A stretch of 64,000 nucleotides of DNA, taken from assembly GCF_006345805.1 (NCBI RefSeq), contig NC_043000.1, forward strand, positions 21,142,001-21,206,000. Direction: 5' to 3'. This stretch comes from Octopus sinensis. Lineage: Eukaryota. Both the position numbers and the translations under genes were made by a program. This document shows, piece by piece, positions 36,501-50,195 of the stretch. Positions within the stretch are counted from its first letter, which is position 1. The number at the start of each line of letters is the position of its first letter. The notes under the pieces are model-generated. The model had not been told where the DNA came from and made no database searches. It worked only from the letters and a program-made list of their open reading frames with translations.

Positions 36501-36924
36501 CTACATCGTTCGTATGTAGATAACAAAAACAACGTGCATATTTTTACTGTTCCGCTTACAGATTGTATTTGTAATGTGCGAATAAGTTGGCCGATTTCTT
36601 CTGAAAACCCTAGCTTAATCAGAAAATCCAAGCTTATCTCAGGGTTTTCAAGTGTACCAATTATTATTGGTATAAATGCGAATTTATAATCTGGATATAG
36701 AAGCTAGAGGTTTCGAAGCAGCTGTCCGTAGTTATCCTCTTTCTCTTTGATTTTCAAGAAGATATTCACATCAACTGGAGAGCTGACCTTCATGACGATA
36801 TGTTTCTGTCTACGCAGTTTCCGTCTACTAAATCTACTCAGAGCAAGGTTATTGTGGAAAACACTTGCCCAAGGTGCCGCGCACTGGGATAGAGCTCGAA
36901 ACCAAATGGTTGCAAAAGAGTTTC

Positions 36925-37343
36925 TTATTTATTTACTGCCAACAAGGGGCTACACACAGAGGGGACAAACAAGGACAGACAAACGGATTGAGTCGATTAT
37001 ATCGACCCCAGTACGTAACTGGTACTTATTTAATCGACCCCGAAAGGATGAAAGGCAAAGTCAACCTCAGCGGAATTTGAACTCAGAACGTAGCGGCAGA
37101 CGAAATACCTATTTCTTTATTACCCACAAGGAGCTAAACACAGAGGAGACAAACAAGGACAGACATAGGTATTAAGTCGATTACATCGACCCCAGTGCGT
37201 GACTGGTACTTAATTTATCGACCCCGAAAGGATGAAAGGCAAAGTCAACCTCAGCGGAATTTGAACTCAGAACGTGGCGGCAGACGAAATACCGCTAAGC
37301 ATTTCACCCGGCGTGCTAACGTTTCTGCCAGCTCGCCGCCTTA
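36925..37343 (-). mobile_element. SINE-C tandem multimer
   Basis: Repeated unit with junction CAGACGAAATACCTATTTCTTTA at about 37100. Confidence 0.9.
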
Positions 37344-38539
37344 CGAGCTTCTTAGCCACATTGTCATTCCTGCGCCTATACATTGGTTTATATTTTTTTC
37401 ATTTGTCAGGTAAGCACGGAAGACAACTCCAAACATGTTTCGGTTTGTTTTCACCTCCTCAGTTTAGTTGACTTCAGTCGATGATTATCTTCAGAATCGG
37501 CTCCCCAGATACTACCACATGCTCTTCACCGTTTCCTCTTGCCTTCTCACCAAATAGTAATCGTTCGAACCTTGTCACACATTTTAAAGGGAGCAGTATA
37601 AATTAGTTGATTGAATCAATATATATCTCCGCATATTTCTTTATGGAGAACAGGTGAATGAAAGCTGATGTCGGGTCCAGTGGAATTACAATTCAAGTAT
37701 TTAATTCAGAACTTCACCTTTTCTACCCGATCCGCCTCCCCTCTCTTATTATTTGTATTCTTTAAAGGTGGCGAGTTGTCAGAGTCGTTACCGCGTTGGA
37801 CCAAATGCCTAGCAGTATTTCTTCGAGTTCTTTACACTCCGAGTTCAAAAGCAACCGAGGTCGACTTTGCGTTTCATCTTTTTGGGGTCGATAAAATAAA
37901 TAAGTAGCAATTGGACACCGGGATCAATGTAATTCAGGCCTTATCTCTATAATAGATAGAATTATTGATTTCTTCTAAAAATGGCACAAAGCAACGCATT
38001 TCTGAGAAAGGGGAATAGGCATGCAATACAGAGCCATCCATGCACGCAGTGCTGTAGCAGAAAACTAAATCGCTTTAAGAGCAAACAAACATTAGTCACC
38101 ATACGAAAAAGAGAAAGGTAGAGTCAATTATTTCGATTTCATTAATTGTGCTCCCTTTATTTACTCCGAAAAAATTAAAATCAAAGTCGATCTCCGTTAA
38201 ATCTGAACAGGTATAACTAAATACCGAAACTCTAACGATTCTGCCATTACTTCCGTCTCTCTGAATACGGATTTCTTTCAAAGGCATGAGATCTTAGATT
38301 TGTAGAAAAGGAATAGTCGCTTTTATTGATCCTAGTACTTACACTATATTTTATCAAACCTGAAATTAACTTGACGGGATTTGAACTCAGAACGTAAAGG
38401 ATCGTAACTAAATATTGCACTGTATTTTTTCCGACTCATTAACTTCTGTTAATAACAGTTTCAAATTTTGGCTCGGGGCCAGCAGTTTTTGATCGGAAGA
38501 GAGTCGATATCATCGATCCTGGCGCTCAACTGGTACTAA

Positions 38540-38990
38540 TTTGATCGTTACTTAAAGGATGAAAGGCAATGGCGACCTCAGGGGGTTTGAACTCAAAACA
38601 TAAAGACAGACGACATAGCTATTTCTTTACTACCCACAAGGCGGATTAAGTCGATTATATCGACCCCAGTGCGTACTTTATCGACCTCGAAAAGATGAAA
38701 GGCGAAGTCGACCTCGGCGGAATTTGAACTCAGAACGTAGCGGCAGAAAAAAATACTTATTTCTTTACTACCCTCAAGGGGCTAAACACAGAGGAGACAA
38801 ACAAGGACAGACAGACGGATTAAGTCGATTATATCGACGCCAGTGCGTAACTGGTACTTAATTTATCGACCCCGAAAGGATGAAAGGCAAAGTCGACCTC
38901 GGCGGAATTTGAACTCAGAACGTAACGGCAGACTAAATACCGCTAAGCATTTTGCTCGGCGTAGTAAGGACTCTGCCAATTCGCTGCCTT
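38540..38990 (-). mobile_element. SINE-C tandem multimer (about 3 units)
   Basis: GGATTAAGTCGATTATATCGAC at about 38643 and 38817; junction variants at about 38615 and 38755. Confidence 0.85.
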
Positions 38991-39459
38991 ACTCTCTCCC
39001 AATGATAACTCCTGTCCCAGCATAGAGAAAGAGGCAATAAGTAAAACCTGTGTCTAAGTCCCAGACACTTTACCACTTCTTAGCAAACCACATCCAGAAT
39101 ATAACGAAAACTAAAAATGGAATTAAATACTATTTATATCAACTAAATGCGGTTTAAACGAACGAAGCAGTATCAAGGTAACCGATCGACCTATTAGAAA
39201 TAGCAACATCCGGAGGACATATTGGGTTATGTAGTTACAGGTACACAATGTACGAGAGAAGGACAGGATGGTTATGGATGGAACGACACAGTATACGCAA
39301 TACTCGATTCGAGGCAGGACCCTCATGGCTGGAACGCCTTTTATCTTAGCTCTCTCCTTAATCGATACTGATTCATGTCTATAACAACACTACATGTGGA
39401 AATTAAAACAAATTTATTTTGAAGTTTGTTTAATTTGATTTCAAATTCCTCATCTTCTT

Positions 39460-40093
39460 CACACAAACAAACATACAAACATACATACATACATTCATGC
39501 ATACATACATACAAACATTCATACATACATTCATATATACATACATACATTCATACATACATACATACATACAAACATTCATACATACATACATACATAC
39601 ATACATTCATACATACATACATTCATACATAGATACATACATACATACATACATACATACATACATACATACATACATTCATACATACATACATACATTC
39701 ATATATACATACATACATTCATACATACATACATACAAACATTCATACATACATTCATTCGTTCATACATACATACATTCATACATGCATACATTCATAC
39801 ATACATACATACATTCAAACATACATTCATACATACATACATACATACATTCATACATAGATACATTCAAACATACATTCATACATACATACATACATTC
39901 ATACAAACATTCATACATACATTCATTCGTTCATACATACATACATTCATACATACATACATTCATACATACATACATACATTCAAACATACATTCATAC
40001 ATACATACATACATTCATACATAGATACATTGAAACATACATTCATACATACATACATACATTCATACATAGATACATTCATACATACATACA

Positions 40094-40126
<33 letters not shown>

Positions 40127-40722
40127 GCTTACATACATACATGCATACATACATACATACATTCATACATACATACATGCATGCATATATACATACATAC
40201 ATGCATGCATATATACATACATACATACATACATGCATGCATGCATACATACATACATGCATACATACATTCATACATACATACATACATACATACATAC
40301 ATACATTCATACATACATACATGCATGCATACATACATACATACGTTCATACATGCATACATACATTCATACATACATACATACATACATACATACATAC
40401 ATACATACATACATACATACATGCATACATACATTCATACATACATACATACATTCATACATACATACATACATACATACATACATACATACATTCATAG
40501 ATACATATATGCATACATACGCACTTACGTACGTATGTATGTATATATGAATGAATGTATGTATGCATCTATGTGCATGTGTGTATGAATGTATGTATGT
40601 ATGTACATACGTCTGTATGCATGTATGTGTGTATGTATGTATGTGTGTATGTATGTATGTATGTATGTATGTATGTATGTATGTATGTATTATGTATGTA
40701 TATATGTGTGTATGTATGTACG
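39460..40722. repeat. Long (ATAC)n/(TATG)n microsatellite with higher-order duplication
   Basis: Direct reading; CAAACATTCATACATACATTCATTCGTTC at 39736 and 39904. Confidence 0.97.
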
Positions 40723-41529
40723 AACTCACATAAAGAATCTTGCAAACCAAATCCAACAAAAAAAGACAAAGCTTTTATTATTTTTATGTTCTGATTTTTA
40801 ATAAACAAATAGATAAAATAAAAACTTTGTAAAAATGTGCTTATCACTTAAATTATCGCTCAATCAGTACTCTTCAGAAAACAATTGCAAATTCAAATCG
40901 TGTTCTTCTTCTGAAGAAATGGCTTTGTTTAATATTGTGACGATAGCATCTTCAGACCGTTCCAATGAGAGATGAAAAGCAGAGCAATTGGCAGAATTTC
41001 TCAAACATTTTGAGAAATAAGATAAGAGGAAGAGAAGAGAATTTACATTTTCATGGCATCTCTTAACACTTGATACTTAAAGAGACACCAGAATAATGAT
41101 GATGGTGATGATGATGATGATGATGATCATCATCATCATCATCATCTTCATCATCGTCATCATCATCATCATCATCATCATCATCAACAACAACAACAAC
41201 AACAACGACAACAACCCATGAACATTACTGTCTTGAGTCCTGGTATTCATACGGCCCCGTTACCCGGTTCCTACAGTGTATAAGTGACTAAGATCACAAC
41301 ATTACCCTTAGACGGGATGTCATTCTGGAGCAAGGTTACGCATTTACAGCTGCGTGAACTGATGAAATGTGAAATGACGCGTTTTTTTCTTAAAACCACA
41401 ACGCACCGCCCGCTCCGGGATGCGAAAACACGATGATCTCGTGATTAGTAGTATTCTTATAAACTTTTGTAGGCTCCCCATTACGTCCGTGCGTTAATAC
41501 CATATAGCTATACATTTTTATTTTTTTAC

Positions 41530-41910
41530 GTTTAGCCCCACAAGGGGCTAAGCACAGAGGGGACAAACAAGGACACACAAAGGGATTAAATCGATTACAT
41601 CGACCCCAATGCGTAACTGCTACTTAATTTATCGACCCCGAAAGTCGACCTCGGCGGAATTTGAACTCAGTACGTAACGGCAGACGAAATACCTATTTCT
41701 TTACTACCCACAAGGGGCTAAACACAGACAAACGGATTAAGTCGATTATATCGACCCCAGTGCGTAACTGGTACTTATTTAATCGACCCCGAAAAGATGA
41801 AAGGCAAAGTCGACCTCGGATGAATTTGAACTCAGAACGTAGCGGCAGACGAAATACCGCTAAGTATTTCGCCCGGCGTGCTAACGTTTCTGCCAGCTCG
41901 CCGCCTTTCA
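41530..41910 (-). mobile_element. SINE-C tandem multimer
   Basis: Junction CAGACGAAATACCTATTTCTTTACTACCCAC at about 41681-41711. Confidence 0.9.
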
Positions 41911-42701
41911 CATAGCTATGTTTTTGCGTCGAAAATCAAGGCTGACACAGTTGAATGAACATGTCTAGTGACAGTCCCAAAATAAGGCTCTCTAAATTTA
42001 ATCTACCGATTGGTAGAGCGGACAGAAGTGGTTTCTATGTAGCCTAATGTTTGAATAGTTATAGTTTGTGTCTGTGTACACAAACATCAAACTTAGCTAT
42101 TAGATGTCATTTTTCTAATCATTCAATATTTATGTACATGAAGAATCTGCCAGTTATCAGTCATGATCAAGTCCAAAGTTTATGTTGTTAGCTGTATAAA
42201 TTCAACATGTTAAGCAGTAGAATGAGTTTGTGCGTGAGCAATTGTTCGTGAATGTAGTTTGTTAATGTTTATTCAGTTTTAGTTTTCTATGAAAATATTT
42301 TCTTCATTTCTTCATGTTTGGTCTGTGGTATTGACTGAACAAAGGTAAAGACTTATTTTTTACACATATGTCTTCGTGTCCACAAAGTGACATCGGCCTC
42401 GTACTGAAGTCACGTATGTGTTGTCCATGAATAGTAAGTCTATTTCTAAGAGTGAATTCTCATTGGCCTATGTAATCCCCGTGACATCCTTTACACCCTA
42501 ACACTAACCCAATATGTGCACACATAAATATCAAAGCAAATCAATCCTTATCACTCACTACTCCCTCTCCTCTATCAATACCATTCCTTTCTCTCCTTCC
42601 ATCACACTCTCCTCTGTTGATACAACAGAGAACAACTACACAATATAGATGCTTAGTACCAGCATGACGATTCTATCACCTCTTCTTATTGTATGTATGA
42701 A

Positions 42702-42800
<99 letters not shown>

Positions 42801-42893
42801 GGGAGAGTTTACGAAAAAAACAACAAAAGACGAAGACAGGTGGTGTACAAAACAAACAGATGTATTAGTTTAACGCTCAGGAATAGAAAAAGT

Positions 42894-42929
42894 CTTTTAC
42901 GTTTCGAGCCTACGCTCTTCTACAGAAAG
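42894..42929 (-). ncRNA. Minimal type I hammerhead ribozyme-like motif (variant core)
   Basis: CTTT-CTGTAGA-A-GAGC-GTAG-GCTC-GAAA-CG-TA-AAAG: 4 bp stem I, 4 bp stem II, palindromic ACGT stem III, GUA site. Confidence 0.6.
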
Positions 42930-43096
42930 GGACACAGAAAAAACAAGGAGAGAAAGGAGAGAAAAAAATGTGTGTAGTGGCTAACGATCTATCATGGTGA
43001 CTAGTGCCGGACAGATAAATATATATATATATATTGATAGAAATGGTAAGACAACAAAAGAATGAAAGAGACCTCGATATTATGTAAATAGAGGAA

Positions 43097-43525
43097 TTTA
43101 TCTGTAAATGTAATATGTGACAATTATCCGGTACCCATGATAAAACGCCGAGTTTCGGATGTCGGGTGGAAATCCACGCCGCCATCTTTTCAGTTATCCG
43201 GCCATCGGAAAATCAAGGCGTACGTGGATATGCGGGCACGACGCATGTGTTGGTAAGGACGTGCGCGCTTACGCGAATACTATAAACTCCCCCCCCCCCT
43301 TACTTTTACTCCCTCTCCTCACTTAGCGGTCATTCAAATAGCTCTTTTGTCTTAATAACGGTCAATCACACAATAATTTCCCTTTGTTTAACGGTAATTT
43401 TCATAGCATTTTTCCGATGGCCGGATAACTGAAAATGGCGGCGTGGATTTGCACCCCGACATCCGAAACTCGGAGTTTTATCATGGCTATCGAATAATTG
43501 CCACATATTACATTTACAGATATAT
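43097..43525. repeat. Inverted repeat pair (about 115 bp arms), Penelope-terminal-like
   Basis: 43097-43212 is the reverse complement of 43409-43525 with scattered mismatches. Confidence 0.88.
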
Positions 43526-43526
43526 T

Positions 43527-43583
<57 letters not shown>

Positions 43584-43883
43584 TACACAAAGTAATAATA
43601 ATAATAATTCATAGATGAAATGTTTTTGTACCATAATCTGCATTCCTGGATGATTACAGTACAATCTGTAATATCCATGGACTACTCCACGATAATGTCG
43701 AGGAATAGGCTCAACCAAATCAGCCCCAATAATTCTTTTATTTTTAAACCTGGTACTTATTCTATCGGTCTGTTTACCGAACAGCTAAGTCACGGGGATA
43801 TAAACAAACCAACATTGGTTGTTAAGCGGTGGTTGGAATAAACGCAGAGACAAAAACACACGCATACATATATACATACATGC

Positions 43884-43915
<32 letters not shown>

Positions 43916-44373
43916 CCACACACACATAACTGTTTTTAATTAGATTTTTTTAAAGATAAATACACGCCGATAGTTTTACCTGACATTTCAATATTTCAGG
44001 AAATCTGGTGAAAAGTTGCTCTTCGCTGACCTCTCTGTCTTGTAGTATGTATATCTGAGATGCGTCGCTCTTGTAACCAATCGATCGCGTGCAACGGTGA
44101 TCTGTTATTCATTCGTGGCGTGTAATATTTCTTAATTAAAATTGCTTCTTTTGTTCTCAAGTTCCCAATTTTCCTTTCTGTAGCTTCAATGGTACACTGG
44201 ATGTCCTGGTTATGGTGTTTCGGTAGATAATTTTTGGCGGAGGAAACATTAGCATAGAGGTGTTCATTAATCCAAATGTGTAATTGTCTGATTTTTTACT
44301 TTCAATGCAGAATACACCCAAGAAAACCACGTTTCCATTGACGCTACAATGTACACGCACGTACACACATACA

Positions 44374-44427
<54 letters not shown>

Positions 44428-44430
44428 CAA

Positions 44431-44463
<33 letters not shown>

Positions 44464-44529
44464 AATCCTTAAATCCTTAAAAATGTTTTAGCCCGAAGGC
44501 CGCGGCCATGCTGGGGCACCACCGCTGAA

Positions 44530-45480
44530 TGAGCTACACTAGTTTGTGAATCCACCTCTGATACGTGGCACTTGATCAACAAGGGAGTTCGATGCTGCTG
44601 CCCGCATCCGTGTCTCCTGTCGTGAGGTAGGTTCATCTGGGACTCCCAACAAGAAGAGATCCAGTTTAGTTTTAAAGAAACCCACATCCACACCATGTAA
44701 GTCTCTCAGGCATTTAGGGAGGATGTTAAAGAGCTGTGGTCCTCTGAAACCCAAGCTGTTGCAGTATCTGGACCTGTATTTTGATGGTGATGTTGGAATC
44801 CTTGGCACCACGCAGCGGCGCCCCGTTCTGCAGTTGGAGTAACTTTGAATGCCAAAGTTTGGGACAAGACCCTCCAGGATTTTCCAGATGTATATCACTG
44901 CATATCTCTCCCGCCTCCGTTCCAGGGAGAAGAGGTTTAATACCTTCAGTCTTTCCAGTAGCTGACATTTTGCATTGAGACGATTTTCTTTGTGTAGCTT
45001 CTCTGAGTTGCTTCGAGTTCTGCTGTTTGTTTTATATTGTGTGGTGACCAAAGTTGGGAGCAGTAGTCCAAGCGGCTGAGGACAAATGTTTTCCATAGGA
45101 CTATCAGTGTCTCCTTCTCTCTTGTTCTGAAAGTTCGGAGAATCCATCCAGCTAGCCGTCTGCATTTTATCACCAGATTAGCAATATGCATTTGGAAAGA
45201 TGCATCATTGCTCATGTGTCAATGCCCAGGTCACGCACTGATTTTGACTCAGGGATTGCAATTCTTCCTGGGCCAGTGTATCCAGTCTTCACGTCATTTC
45301 CTTTGTGTGCCAGTAGCGCAGGGCCTGGAACTTACCTGCATTAAACTGCATGTTGTTGTCCTCAGCCCACCTGTATATTGTGTCCAGCTCATGTTGCAGA
45401 TGCACAATATTTTCAGGGTTTTGTATTGCGTGGGAGACTTTTGTGTCATCTGCATAGCTAGCAAGGGTGGTCATCGTAGC
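44530..45480 (-). mobile_element. CR1/L2-clade LINE 3' fragment
   Basis: TTLASYADDTKV, FNAGKFQAL, FVLSRLDYCSQLWSP, LERRRERYAVIYIWKIL and FRGPQLFNILP are typical CR1-group RT C-terminal motifs. Confidence 0.9.
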
Positions 45481-45485
45481 AACTC

Positions 45486-45531
<46 letters not shown>

Positions 45532-45838
45532 AAGAAAGAAAGCGAGGATAGATAGATGAATAGACATGAATAGATAGATGGATAGATAGATTGACAGACA
45601 GATAGATACATACATACATTACACACATGCATACATACATATCTATATATATGTACATACACACATATATATGTACGTACATGTTTGTATATATATATGT
45701 GTGCGTGTGTATACGTACATATATATACATGTTATTACGCATATATATGTATATGTACATGTATATTTATATATGCATATATATATACGTGTATATATAT
45801 GTACACTTACATATGTATATAAATGTATGTATGTGTTA

Positions 45839-45874
<36 letters not shown>

Positions 45875-45953
45875 TGGTGTATATATATATAGTAATAATA
45901 ATATAAACAAATATATATATGCATATATGTATGTGTGTGTGAGTGTATGTGTG

Positions 45954-46027
<74 letters not shown>

Positions 46028-46249
46028 TATACGCATATATATATATTGTTTATATTATTATTACTATATATATATATATATATCCTCCACCCACACACAC
46101 ACATATATATATTTATATATATATATATATACACATATATATATACACACATACACTCACACACACATACATGGGTATGAGTAAGTGTTTCATTTATTTC
46201 TTTGGGCCGCATGTATCACTGACGAAGGGAGGGTTCTTATGAACTAACA

Positions 46250-46493
46250 CTGAAATCGGTCTGATATGGTAATAACGGAATTTTTTAGAAATTTCTGTCG
46301 ACCTTTTCGAGTAGCGTGCTTATTGTGTTAAATTATATGGTTATGGACAATGTGTCTTATTTCGGCATATTTGGCATTAGAAATTGTTTCGTTTGCCCTT
46401 ATTTATAAGTGTTTATGAATTTAACATTTAAAGGTATTTTTTAATATGCTGGCCATTGATAATTTTTTTTTCCGAAAGAATTTTATCCTACAT

Positions 46494-46497
<4 letters not shown>
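46250..46497 (+). repeat. Interspersed repeat; inverted copy at 48029-48277, direct partial copy at 50247-50410
   Basis: Shared TTCGGCATATTTG.CATTAGAA..AAAGGTATTTTT.AATATGCTGGCCATTGATA..TTTTATCCTA.ATTAGAT. Confidence 0.88.
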
Positions 46498-46584
<87 letters not shown>

Positions 46585-46707
46585 ATAAAACCTACTCGGA
46601 AAGGATGCGTGTCATTCCATAATATAATAATATAAATTATATATATATATACATATATGCATATATGTATGTTGTTTATTTATTATTACTATATATATAT
46701 ATATATA

Positions 46708-46748
<41 letters not shown>

Positions 46749-46976
46749 CATATATATATATATATATATTAGATTAAACAGCCGAAATTGCTAAGATGAT
46801 CCGGTTCCGACTGAAGATTAGAGGCTTCGAGTGACCTGTCTGTTTTTTTTGTGTCGTCTCTTTGTGTGTTTTTGCGTTCTTGTCCCATTTTGTAATTTAT
46901 ATTTTATATTCTATATTTGATTTCTATATATATATAAGGCGGCGTAACGTACCCCTATCTCTCCTATATATATATA

Positions 46977-47023
<47 letters not shown>

Positions 47024-47740
47024 CATACACACACACACGTATATATATAAAGAATCGAAAATTATGAATGTGCATTTCTTTAGACCTACGACAATGTTTC
47101 TGTTTAAACAAATTGAGTCACCAGCAATGTGATTTATTTGCAGAGCAACCCCCCGGGTACCCTTCTGGTTTCACCCTTTTCATTTGGATCCCTTTGCTGA
47201 CGTCAGTGCAAGTATAGCACCCTAAAACGTTTCACAAACATCTTATTCTTCTTATTTTTGCAGATAATTTTATCCGAAGATATTATTGTCTATTTTGAAC
47301 TCCATTCAGATTTGCTTCGAGTGTTTACTTGGATGTTTAAATATAACTCAGAGACTAATCAATGAAACCGGACAGTGTTTTAGATATAACAAACTTCAAA
47401 TAGTGTTATCCAGACGAGAATCATTTGCCGAAGCTAAAACGTAATCAGCGAAGAGGTCAACATCTAATTCAGAAGCTAATAAGGACTTTCTTGTTCTTTT
47501 TTTTGTCGTATGATAAATCTTCAAAGAAATCATACGAAGCGATTTGGAATGTAGAATAAATAAAGTCAAAAGCAACAACACTAACGAAGAGCGGGGAGGG
47601 GGGAATGAAGAATAAGTAAACGGGGAAATTCTGTGCAAATATAATTGCAAGAAAGTAATTAGCTTAATTATATATTTGTATGGTCAGTATCTTGTGACAA
47701 GATTTTTACGCCAGAAGAAAACTGCACAGAAGCATGTGAT

Positions 47741-47792
<52 letters not shown>

Positions 47793-48346
47793 GCACGCAA
47801 ACATGCACATACATACACACATACACATACACACACATGCACGAACACATGCACGAACACATACACACACATACACACACACATACACACACACATACAC
47901 ACGCATACATACACACACTCATACGCACGCACACACACACATGCACGCTCATGCACAGGCATACGCACATGCGCACACACATACGAATGTATGTATAGAA
48001 ATGCACGTGTATATCTATATATATATATATCTAATATAGGATAAAAGTTTTCGAAAAAAATGTTATCAATGGCCAGCATATTAAAAAATACCTTTAAAGG
48101 TTAAATTTATAAATAACTTATAAAATAAGGGCAAAAGAAAAAACTTCTAATGCCAAATATGCCGAAAATAGACAAATTGTCAATAACCATTATAATATCA
48201 CAATTAACATGCATCTCGAAACTAGCCGATAGAAATTTCTAAAAAATTCCGTTATTACCGTTTTGATCCCAATTTCAATTTACATATACATATATATTAT
48301 ATATATATATATAATATATATATATATTCTATATATATATATATAT

Positions 48347-48386
<40 letters not shown>

Positions 48387-49084
48387 GTAATCATTAAAGA
48401 TATAGGGTAAAAAATTTCACCAAGTAGTTTCGGTATGGAAAAGAACATATTCGGTAACTAATTATACAAGAAGTTTTATGCATAATTATAACAATAATTA
48501 AAGGTTTAGCAACAACCACATACCGAAACATTTAGAAATAGCTTAATCACATACCGAAAAATTTAGAAATAGCAGCCAAAAGTCCGTTATTTCTTTTTTC
48601 TACAAAATTTGTCTCCACAGATAACAAATATTTGTAACTCACATAGGCAAAAAGAAGGAAAATAATGAAATCAGTCTTTGATCAATTATGGACGCGTTTC
48701 TGGATTAGAATTATAAAAATTCATTTCATTTATCGACATAATATTTCGATAATTATAAATTTGAAAATGCTAGGAAAACTTACCCTTTGTATTTCTGACC
48801 AAGCGCCATCAGAACATCACACAAGGCAGTTAGCATATCGGAATTTATATAGACGAGTGAAATTCCTATGAATAAACCCTTAATTATTGTTATAATATAT
48901 ATATATATGTATGTATATATATATATATGCCTAAAATATGGATTTCCAACTTCAATACCCATACATATCTTGCATCTATTTTCTTTTTTGCACCTCACTA
49001 TCTATTTTGTATCACATCTAAACTAACTATGACTTAACTATCCTCTCACACCGTCTCCAATGAAGGGATATTATTAATAAATAT

Positions 49085-49420
49085 CCTAGAAACAGCTGTG
49101 AGACCTTCTATCTATAAATGCTCTAATATCTACACAGCCTTGGTTTTTTATCTTATTACGCAAAAACTTCTCATATATATATATATATATATATATACCG
49201 TCCAGTCCATCTAATATAAGAACAAGGTACTGCCATAGCCTAAGGTTCAGAGGACCACAGTACTTCAATGCTCCGCCAAAACAATTGAGAAACTTACACG
49301 ATATAGATGTGGAAGTTTTCGATAAGAAACAGGTCAATCTCCTATCCACAACACCAGACGAACAAAGGATTCGATATGAGGCACAGTTGAGGGCAGCAAG
49401 TGTCAAATTCCCTGATACAA
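49085..49420 (+). mobile_element. CR1-like LINE 3' end interrupted by (AT)n
   Basis: RTRYCHSLRFRGPQYFNAPPKQLRNLHDIDVEVF is homologous to the end of 44530-45480. Confidence 0.75.
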
Positions 49421-49644
49421 TAGATGGGCCATCGTCAGTTTTGATGGGATCGCTTCAGTCGGAGGACAGGAACCACAGAAGGATTGTGGAGAGGGTACAA
49501 AAATAGAGAGTGAAAAAAAAATCATGGTGGTGCTCCAGCATGACTACAGCTATCTGGCCGAAACACATAAAAGAAGAAAAGAATATATATGTATATATAT
49601 ATATAAAATAATATACATACATACATACATACATACATACATTC

Positions 49645-49687
<43 letters not shown>

Positions 49688-49868
49688 TAGGAGTGACTTT
49701 ATGATAAGAAGCTTGCTTCCCAACCACATGGTTCCAGGTTCAGTCCCACTGCGTGGCACCTTGTGCATGTGTCTTCTAATATAGCCTCGAGCTGACCAAA
49801 GACTTGAGTGAATTTGGTAGTCGGAAACTGAAAGAAGCCCGTCGTATTTATCTATCTATCTCTATATG

Positions 49869-49909
<41 letters not shown>

Positions 49910-49914
49910 TTATG

Positions 49915-50195
49915 TAGGGGGCTCCGAAAGCTGTCCAAGGGAGTAGCATCCCTACCTTCCTGAGCTACCTTTCCACCATATTTCTTAAAAATCGCGACCA
50001 CTCATGTCTAAAAACTGAGGTTGGGGCTCCCCGTAGAAATCTAGCTCCCCAAAAAAGCCTCATGATAGCAAAGGAGAATGGGCACCAGCCAACACATAGG
50101 TTGGAGTGGGCTGCACCTGCCTACTTCGGTTGCTATAGCATTGAGGTAGATCCGGCCATCCCTGTTCACGGGGACAAAACCCGGATTTAGAACAG
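49915..50195 (-). repeat. GC-richer interspersed repeat, possibly an RTE-like 5' UTR
   Basis: Composition contrasts with the flanks and it abuts (GAT)n; family assignment is inference only. Confidence 0.3.

Noticed and set aside
40871-41000. Protein-like minus-strand frame (LSLERSEDAIVTILNKAISSEEEHDL)
   Set aside because: Weak donor, and its phase gives an immediate stop when joined to the 40730-40790 candidate
46780-46850. GAAA..CTGAAGA motif as a type II hammerhead
   Set aside because: The required stem II and stem I pairings are absent
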